Under the pieces are notes generated by a model that had not been told where the DNA came from, ran no database searches, and saw only the letters and a list, made by a program, of their open reading frames with translations. Of a stretch of DNA of 64,000 nucleotides, positions 57,022-64,000 are shown in pieces. This DNA comes from Methanocaldococcus sp. 28A (GTDB lineage Archaea; AGJL01; Methanococci; Methanococcales; Methanocaldococcaceae). Position numbers and translations under genes: made by a program. How positions within the stretch are numbered: the first letter of the stretch is position 1; the number at the start of each line of letters is the position of its first letter. The stretch lies in NCBI GenBank assembly GCA_049852185.1, contig CP187540.1; one strand, 5' to 3'.

Positions 57022-57918
57022 ATGAGAGATAGATTTGGTAGAAATATCAGGTCTTTTAGAATTTCTGTAACAAATAAATGCAATTTACAGTGCTTTTATT
57101 GCCATAAAGAAGGGCATAGTTCAAATAATAACAGATACATGACTGCTGAAGAAATTGGAATTATAGCAAAAACTTCAACAAAATTTGGAGTTAAAAAGAT
57201 AAAAATCTCTGGCGGTGAGCCTTTAATAAGGAAAGATATTTGTGAAATCATTAAAAATATTAGAGATGAGAAAATAAAAGATATCTCTTTAACAACTAAT
57301 GGCATTTTTTTAGAAAATTTAGCTGATAAACTTAAAGATGCCGGGTTGGATAGAGTTAATGTGAGCTTAGATACCTTAAATCCAGCGTTGTATAAAAAAA
57401 TTACAAGAGTTGGAGATGTAAATAGAGTAATAAATGGGATAAAGAGAGCTATTGAGGTTGGTTTAACTCCATTAAAGGTTAATTTCTTAGCTATGAGTTT
57501 TAATATTAAAGACTTACCTGAGATTATGAAATTTTGTAGAGACATTGGGGCTATTTTACAAATTATTGAATTTATCCCTTTAAAAGAAAATTTAAAAAAG
57601 TATTATTATGACATTTCCACGATAGAAAATGAGATTAAAGAAAAAGCAGACAAAGTTATAACAAGAAAATTCATGCAAAATAGGAAAAAATATATAGTTG
57701 ATAACTTAGAGGTAGAGTTTGTAAGACCTATGGACAATAGTGAGTTTTGTATGCACTGCACAAGGATTAGATTAACCTATGATGGCTATTTAAAGCCTTG
57801 TTTATTGAGAGATGATAATTTAGTTGATGTTTTAAGTCCATTAAGAGAAGGGAAAGATTTAGAGCCATATTTTATTGAATGTATTAATAGAAGAGAGCCA
57901 TATTTCAAAATTAAGTAG
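57022..57918 (+). CDS. moaA: GTP 3',8-cyclase
   Basis: CNLQCFYC, GGEP, FCxxCxRIRLT..G.LKPCL. Confidence 0.95.
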   Translation: MRDRFGRNIRSFRISVTNKCNLQCFYCHKEGHSSNNNRYMTAEEIGIIAKTSTKFGVKKIKISGGEPLIRKDICEIIKNIRDEKIKDISLTTNGIFLENLADKLKDAGLDRVNVSLDTLNPALYKKITRVGDVNRVINGIKRAIEVGLTPLKVNFLAMSFNIKDLPEIMKFCRDIGAILQIIEFIPLKENLKKYYYDISTIENEIKEKADKVITRKFMQNRKKYIVDNLEVEFVRPMDNSEFCMHCTRIRLTYDGYLKPCLLRDDNLVDVLSPLREGKDLEPYFIECINRREPYFKIK

Positions 57919-58693
57919 TATTTTTTAGTTTTAAAATGTAGTTAAATACCTTCTCTATTTCTTTTACGGCTTTTGAATCTAAATTAATAGGTTTTCCTAT
58001 AAAATCACTTTTTATAACTTCCTCATCGTATGGAATAAATCCAATAACTTCTAAACCAAGCTCCTTTTTAATAATATCTTTTAATAATTCTTTATTTTCA
58101 TCCCTTACTTTATTAACAATAACACCCAAATTTTTTATTCCCAAATCTTTAGCAAGCTTTTTCATTCTTTTTGCAGTTATTAATGATTTTTTTGTTGGCT
58201 CTATAACAATAAGCATTAAATCAACAGTATCTATTGTTTTTCTTCCAAAGTGTTCAATTCCTGCTTCCATATCTAAGATAACTACTTCATCTCTCTTTAA
58301 AATTAAATGTCTCAACAACCTTCTCAATAAAACAGAAGCTGGGCAAACACAACCTTCTCCTCCTTCTTCTATAGTACCCATAACTAACAATGTAATGTTT
58401 CCTATCTTATAACCAATTTTATCAATCAAATCATCCACTTTTGGATTTATCTTAAAAATATTTCCATAACTTCCAGGTTTAGCTCCAGTTCTTTCTTCTA
58501 TTATATCATGCCTTTTTGATAACGGAGTTATCTCTTCCTCAATCCCAAAAGCTAATGCTAATGTAGGATTTGGGTCGCAATCAACTCCAATAACTCTAAA
58601 GCCATTTTTTTCAAACAACCTCATCAATGTAGAAGCAATAAAAGTTTTTCCTACTCCTCCTTTTCCAGTTACTGCTATCTTCATTTTTATCAC
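57911..58693 (-). CDS. cooC: CooC/AcsF-type nickel-insertion ATPase
   Basis: [24 protein letters not shown]. Confidence 0.88.
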   Translation of the reverse strand: MIKMKIAVTGKGGVGKTFIASTLMRLFEKNGFRVIGVDCDPNPTLALAFGIEEEITPLSKRHDIIEERTGAKPGSYGNIFKINPKVDDLIDKIGYKIGNITLLVMGTIEEGGEGCVCPASVLLRRLLRHLILKRDEVVILDMEAGIEHFGRKTIDTVDLMLIVIEPTKKSLITAKRMKKLAKDLGIKNLGVIVNKVRDENKELLKDIIKKELGLEVIGFIPYDEEVIKSDFIGKPINLDSKAVKEIEKVFNYILKLKNTT

Positions 58694-58918
58694 AGGTTAT
58701 TTTTTTATTGTTTTTAACTTTATCTTTTGCAAGATTTTTATGAATTTTTACTATACATTTAAATCTATTAAAATTTATTTTTATCCATTTAAAAAAGTTA
58801 TAAATATTTGTAACTTTTTTATTTTATAATTTAACAGAAATTATATCATAAATTTAAAATATCAAAGGTATAATAAAAATTTTAGCCATGAAACTATCGT
58901 TACAACCGTTTCATATCG

Positions 58919-58932
58919 TAAGGTTTATATAG
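58919..58932 (+). promoter_or_regulatory. TATA box of the S-layer gene
   Basis: AAAGG-TTTATATA about 70 nt upstream of the ATG. Confidence 0.6.
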
Positions 58933-58996
58933 TAGTTTGTCGAAGGTATATACCGTCAATCAAATAAGAATAATTAAAAACTTTAGGTGATAAAGT

Positions 58997-60679
58997 ATGG
59001 CAATGAGCTTAAAGAAAATATGTGCTATTGCAGTTGGAGGTGCAATGGTTGCTACAGCTTTGGCAAGTGGAGTAGCTGCAGAAGTAACAGTTATTGGAGA
59101 ACTTTCAAAAGACTTGTTCGTTAAAGATGGTCAACCAAACTGTTATGTTGTTGTTGGTGCAAATGCTCCTTCAACAATGGATGTCGTTTCAGCAGCAGAC
59201 ATTGCTGCTAAAATCGGAAACTTATGCTACAAAGAAACTGCAGTCGAAGAAGGAAGCGCTGATTTAAATGTTCATGTTTCAGCAGACGCAAGTAAAGTAG
59301 AATTTAATACATCTGAGTATGATAATTATACCTATGTAGTAACTCCTGATGATGGAGACTACCCATTAGACAAAGGAATAATCTTTGGACGTATGACATA
59401 TTACAGTGGAGGTCCAATAACTACTAAAACATTAACCACATTAGTGAAAATTGATGATGTAGATCCAAAAAATATTTACTCAGTAAACAATGATGATGGT
59501 ATTGAAATAGGATTCTTTGCAATGAAAAATGAATCAAATGAGATAGGTATTGATTTAGTAGGCTATGCCTCCATAGTAACTGATGACTCACAATTGAATA
59601 CATCTAATACATATTTAGCTCCTGGAGTATTGATACCATTCTTAGGCCAACAATATATGTTTGTTAAAGCAGATGCTGACAATGATGACTTAATAATTGG
59701 TAAATGTGTATATAATGGAGTTTTAAGTGAAGGCGAAACTTACGATTTAGGAAATGGCTATGAAGCTAAAATAAAGGCTGTTTTAGAAGCAACTACTACA
59801 GGAAGTCCATCAAAAGTAGATGTCCAAATATTAAAAGATGGTAAGGTAGTAGCAGAAAAATTTGACTATGCAAATACTACAAATCCATTAGTGTTAGTAA
59901 GTGGTCCTGTAGGTGTAATCGTAGTAAATGCATATAAAAACGTAGCAGCTACTACTGGATACGCTGACGTGTACTTAGTAAATGATATAAAGAGATTACA
60001 CTTAGGAGATAAATACGAAGGAGATTACAAAATTTATGCTGTAGTTCAAGATCCTAATGCTGATCAAATAGATATATCTAAAGATACAGATATCTCAGAT
60101 AGTGGTGTTCCAATAAAAGGTGAAGGTATAGTTGACGGTAAGTTAATTTGCGGTATTGCATTAGTAGATGATACAGATCCTACAAATGATGATAATAAAT
60201 TAAGTGCAAAAGGAGATACTTTCTCAGCAATAGATGACTACTTTAAGTTGAAAGTAGATGATGTTGTCGACGCAAAATCAGGAACTTACAAAATATATGT
60301 CTATTCTGATGTAACAAAAGATGCAACAGTTAATGTAGGACAAACAGTTCATGTATTAAACGCAGATATAACCTTAAATGGACTTGAAGCTACAGCACAG
60401 CAAGTATGTCCAATCACAGCACCAATTGCAAAATTAGATACCGAAGTTAGCTTAGACACAGCAGACAAGAACTTAGTCTTAGTTGGAGGACCAGTTGCAA
60501 ACAAATTAACAAAAGAGCTCCAAGATAGCGGTAAATTGCCAGTACCTATTAACAACACAACAGGACCAGTTATCGAAATTGTCAAAGGAGTAGCAAACGG
60601 ACACGATGTAGTTGTAGTTGCTGGTGGAGATAGAGAGAAAACAAGAGAAGCAGCATTATACTTAATTAAGAATCTCTAA
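58997..60679 (+). CDS. sla: Methanococcales S-layer protein
   Basis: MAMSLKKI..IAVGGAMVA signal, MDVVSAADIAAKIG, LVGGPVANKLT, VAGGDR. Confidence 0.93.
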   Translation: MAMSLKKICAIAVGGAMVATALASGVAAEVTVIGELSKDLFVKDGQPNCYVVVGANAPSTMDVVSAADIAAKIGNLCYKETAVEEGSADLNVHVSADASKVEFNTSEYDNYTYVVTPDDGDYPLDKGIIFGRMTYYSGGPITTKTLTTLVKIDDVDPKNIYSVNNDDGIEIGFFAMKNESNEIGIDLVGYASIVTDDSQLNTSNTYLAPGVLIPFLGQQYMFVKADADNDDLIIGKCVYNGVLSEGETYDLGNGYEAKIKAVLEATTTGSPSKVDVQILKDGKVVAEKFDYANTTNPLVLVSGPVGVIVVNAYKNVAATTGYADVYLVNDIKRLHLGDKYEGDYKIYAVVQDPNADQIDISKDTDISDSGVPIKGEGIVDGKLICGIALVDDTDPTNDDNKLSAKGDTFSAIDDYFKLKVDDVVDAKSGTYKIYVYSDVTKDATVNVGQTVHVLNADITLNGLEATAQQVCPITAPIAKLDTEVSLDTADKNLVLVGGPVANKLTKELQDSGKLPVPINNTTGPVIEIVKGVANGHDVVVVAGGDREKTREAALYLIKNL

Positions 60680-60690
60680 ATTCATTAAAT

Positions 60691-60710
60691 CTTTTTTCTT
60701 TTTATTTTTT
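60691..60710 (+). terminator. Oligo(T) archaeal terminator after sla
   Basis: CTTTTTTCTTTTTATTTTTT just after the stop. Confidence 0.55.
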
Positions 60711-61139
60711 AGACATATTAATTTATATATTTGAATTAATAGTAAATAACTAACAGTGTGAATTAACGAAAAGAGTCTTAAAACCAAAAAACAGAAATAG
60801 GACGAGGTTAAATAGTTTATATAAAAAACAGTGATATCTGTATGTTAGTAGCATTTAATAATATGCTGGTTGATTCTATAAATAGTTTAGGGATATGTTC
60901 TTCGTATGGGGTAGTGGGGACATTAACGCCGATAAAGACGATTAGAGGGATATCTATTGCTTATATAATCAGTTATCTAACCTTCCCGATATTTTAGATG
61001 ACGATAGATAAAAATTTGTTGCGATAGTTGATTCAATGTGAGTAATTATCTAACCTCAAAAAGCAATATCGGTTTTGTTAAATTTGTAGCGATTATTCAC
61101 AATTGTATAGAATATTTAAGCAATAAATACAACATATCT

Positions 61140-61313
61140 TTCAAATAAAGGACTATCGTAATCACACCGTCAGTTATTTAGCAATTCCTCTTGGAATAAT
61201 ACTTTTATCAATTATGTTACTAACTAGTATAAAATTAGTACTCTATAATAGAGTGTTATTGGGTATAATATTAGCTATAATGGATGGCTGGATTTATCGT
61301 AAATAGGGGTATT
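61140..61313 (+). pseudogene. Upstream fragment of a decayed membrane-protein gene (DUF4013-like) split by the IS605 element
   Basis: Frameshifted hydrophobic frame ...GIILAIMAGFIVNRGI continues across the empty site. Confidence 0.45.
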
Positions 61314-61400
61314 ATGACAACTCTCCGCCCTAAAGGGAGGAGTTTCTTTAAGAGAGCAGAGGGTTAAAAACCCTCACCCTCCATGGGTTGCCAAGCCCAC

Positions 61401-62034
61401 TATCCCTATCCCTTTCGGGATTCGGGACTACGCTGAATAAGATATTTCTTGCACCATTAACATCTGCATTAATAACCGTTCCACACTCAGAACAAACATA
61501 TAAACCTCTGTATTTCCTATTTGATTTCTTTATTACTCCACAAACACTGCATTTTTGAGATGTATAACTTTCATCCACCAACTCCACTGATATTCCTTCT
61601 TCTTCAGCCTTGTAGGTTATTCTATGTATTAGTTTTCCGAACGGAATTTTATGGAATTTTTCGTTATTTTTTCTACCTATGTCTATATTTGAAAAATTAT
61701 TAGTTAAATTCCCTACATATCCCTATCCCTTTCGGGATTCGGGACTACGCTGAATAAGATATTTCTTGCACCATTAACATCTGCATTAATAACCGTTCCA
61801 CACTCAGAACAAACATATAAACCTCTGTATTTCCTATTTGATTTCTTTATTACTCCACAAACACTGCATTTTTGAGATGTATAACTTTCATCCACCAACT
61901 CCACTGATATTCCTTCTTCTTCAGCCTTGTAGGTTATTCTATGTATTAGTTTTCCGAACGGAATTTTATGGAATTTTTCGTTATTTTTTCTACCTATGTC
62001 TATATTTGAAAAATTATTAGTTAAATTCCCTACA
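61401..62034. repeat. 317-bp tandem duplication within the tnpB 3' end
   Basis: 61401-61717 repeated at 61718-62034; identical shadow ORFs in the track. Confidence 0.93.
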
Positions 62035-62891
62035 ACAATCTTCGAAACTCTCTTTTTTTTCGCTAAATTAACAATCCATTTACTAATCTTATGAATGTAG
62101 TCATTTACATAATTCCTTTCCTTCACTGTTAATCTTGCCAATCGCTTGCAATTTTTTAACCCCTGTTTTGCAATTTCTGACTTAATTTTTGCTATCTTCT
62201 TAGCAAACCCTCTTAATTTAGACAATAAAATTTTCCCATCGAATATGAGAGATTGTTTTTCTCCTTGTATTACTGTAGTTGCTAAGTTCTTCACTCCTAA
62301 ATCTATTGCCATTACTTTTTCTTTCTTAGGTTTCTCTGGATTAATTTCCTTTTTATAAATCAAATGCAATACATAAAACCTTTGTCCATAAATATCGTGT
62401 GGAACTATTTCAACTTCTTTAACTTGCATGGCATCGAGCGGTAGAGTTTTCGAGAACTCTACCCATAGGAACTTGGACTCGATGCCATGCTTTTCTTTGA
62501 GATACTGTCTTGTTTGCTTCGATAAAGACAATCTCAGCTTATTACCGATAATTTTAAATCCATCTTTTTTCCATTTCACTGGATAATGTCCGTTCTTTGG
62601 TTGAAATCTTGGTCTCTTCGTATGTTGTTTAAAGCAGTTTAGCCAAGCGATTTTTAGTTTCTGCAAAACAGCCTGAGCTGATTGCGAATGAAGGTTTTTA
62701 TACCAAAAGTTAGTTTTCAGTTTCTTTTCTAATTCATTAATCTTTATATTGCATTGTATAACTTGATAGTTAGCTACATTCCATAGTTTCGATGCAGAAT
62801 AAGTTAAATGGTTTAAGATAATCCATTGTTCGTCAGTTAATTTTCTTGTTAGATTTATCGTTAAAACTCTCGTTACTTCCAACTCAGACAC
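61713..62891 (-). CDS. tnpB: RNA-guided nuclease TnpB (C-terminus altered by the duplication)
   Basis: AIDLGVKN RuvC-I, VDESYTSQxC, zinc ribbon, ADVNGARNI RuvC-III. Confidence 0.92.
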   Translation of the reverse strand: MSELEVTRVLTINLTRKLTDEQWIILNHLTYSASKLWNVANYQVIQCNIKINELEKKLKTNFWYKNLHSQSAQAVLQKLKIAWLNCFKQHTKRPRFQPKNGHYPVKWKKDGFKIIGNKLRLSLSKQTRQYLKEKHGIESKFLWVEFSKTLPLDAMQVKEVEIVPHDIYGQRFYVLHLIYKKEINPEKPKKEKVMAIDLGVKNLATTVIQGEKQSLIFDGKILLSKLRGFAKKIAKIKSEIAKQGLKNCKRLARLTVKERNYVNDYIHKISKWIVNLAKKKRVSKIVVGNLTNNFSNIDIGRKNNEKFHKIPFGKLIHRITYKAEEEGISVELVDESYTSQKCSVCGVIKKSNRKYRGLYVCSECGTVINADVNGARNILFSVVPNPERDRDM

Positions 62892-63315
62892 CTTTCTGGC
62901 TGTCTATATATTGCCTAATAACATCGAGAGTTACTGTTCCAACGGTGGATATAAATCTACCTCGAGTCCATAGAGTAGGAAGTTTTCTTTTTAACTCTGG
63001 AAACTCATATCTTAATTTATTTGAGGTATATCCTTTAATTTGTGCTACGATTTTATTTATTCCGATTGTTGGGTCTGCATCTAACAGTAGATGTACATGG
63101 TCTGGTGCAATAACCATGTCTAAAACTTCTGTATTTAGTTCCTTACATTTTTCTCTGATTAACTCCTCCAATCGTTCTTTTATCTTACCCGTTAAAACAG
63201 GTCTTCGATATTTCGGACAGAAAACAACATGATACTGACAACTATACACAATGTGCTTGCCCATGTCGTGGTGGTATTTCTTTGGTGGGGATTTCAACTC
63301 CATAATAACCACCAT
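62884..63315 (-). CDS. tnpA: IS200/IS605 Y1 HUH transposase
   Basis: YHVVFCPKYRR, PDHVHLL, YIxxQ. Confidence 0.95.
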   Translation of the reverse strand: MVVIMELKSPPKKYHHDMGKHIVYSCQYHVVFCPKYRRPVLTGKIKERLEELIREKCKELNTEVLDMVIAPDHVHLLLDADPTIGINKIVAQIKGYTSNKLRYEFPELKRKLPTLWTRGRFISTVGTVTLDVIRQYIDSQKGV

Positions 63316-63444
63316 ATATTATATATGACAACCTTATATATTAATTTTACAATATTTAATTAACACATCTAACACATAAAATAAGTCCCCACCCACCTCC
63401 CCTAATTCATCACCGCCCTAAAGGGCGGTGCTTTCTTAGCGACA

Positions 63445-63654
63445 ATAAATGTAAAAAATAAATTTTCAGCAGCATTGAGATAAAAGAAATATTATGGTGG
63501 ATAAGGGTAGTATTTGGGAAATACCTGTTATCATATATTATAGCATCTAATTATAATAATTATAATTTCAATAATTGGCTGGATAATTATAATTTTTATA
63601 CTATTTTATTTACTTTTAGTATTTACATACTACTTTGCTGTATTAGATATATAA
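63445..63654 (+). pseudogene. Downstream fragment of the decayed DUF4013-like gene
   Basis: INVKNKFSAA(F)EIKEILWWIRVVFGKYLL... with frameshifts. Confidence 0.5.
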
Positions 63655-63761
63655 AAAAAGTTTCTAATAAATAATATAGTTTTAATGATTTTATTTAATT
63701 TTTAAATAGGTAATTAGTAAAACTCCAATTTAAAATTCATAATTTAAAATATGTGGTAATT

Positions 63762-64000
63762 ATGACAAATTTTGATGAAAAGGTTTTTAAATCATATTAT
63801 GAGCATAAAATAAAGAGTTTTATAAAGGAAGAGCTATCTAACAACTTAATTAAAAATAATATTTTTGAATTTGATATAGAAACGTTTTTAATGCATTTTC
63901 CTGATGCATGTGAAGTTAATGATTTAATTATTGAAAGACCAAAAGAAGTTGAGGAAATTATTTTAGATATATTTAAAGAAGCTTATGTTGAGTTGTTTGG
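63762..64000 (+). CDS. mcm: MCM helicase, N-terminal part (runs off the window)
   Basis: Open frame MTNFDEKVFK...FEFDIETFLMHFPDACEVNDLIIERPKEVEEII resembles a Methanocaldococcus MCM N-domain (from recall). Confidence 0.65.
   Translation, partial: MTNFDEKVFKSYYEHKIKSFIKEELSNNLIKNNIFEFDIETFLMHFPDACEVNDLIIERPKEVEEIILDIFKEAYVELF

Larger units (their letters stand above)
61314..63444 (-). mobile_element. IS200/IS605-family element (tnpA+tnpB)
   Basis: LE hairpin CACCGCCC-TAAA-GGGCGGTG (63411-63430), RE hairpin 61319-61344 ending TCAT, TTTAT 5' of the LE, no TSD. Confidence 0.9.

Noticed and set aside
61348-61587. 79-aa zinc-ribbon ORF as a separate gene
   Set aside because: It is the duplicated tnpB 3' end.

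Overview
AT-rich chromosomal window from a hyperthermophilic methanogen, almost certainly Methanocaldococcus (inferred from the protein repertoire, selenocysteine FdhA, Methanococcales S-layer and CRISPR repeat). About 55 housekeeping genes (pyrI, hom, eif2g, metG, argB, hflX, kae1-bud32, guaAB, elp3, rnp3, comB, gap, fdhA, nadE, sucD, moaA/C, sla, partial MCM) are interleaved with a dense mobilome. It includes two full and one truncated IS701-like elements, an IS200/IS605 (tnpA+tnpB) element carrying a 317-bp tandem duplication, decayed IS remnants and an orphan 9-repeat CRISPR array. There are also three families of small non-coding repeats. Family A: ~110-bp TIR elements with a TA target, one inserted in the hflX stop codon. 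Family B: ~90-bp elements sharing ends with the IS701-like transposon. Family C: GC-rich modular hairpin cassettes flanked by unusually long (19 and 48 bp) duplications of gene junctions. Family C is the best candidate for an unexplained system. Also notable are a MoxR/VWA module with a metal-ligand-less NikR-like regulator and a repeated operator, an orphaned promoter/leader beside a MITE-IS deletion scar, and a compositionally foreign S-layer central domain. Product names come from motif recognition and recall; no database searches were run.
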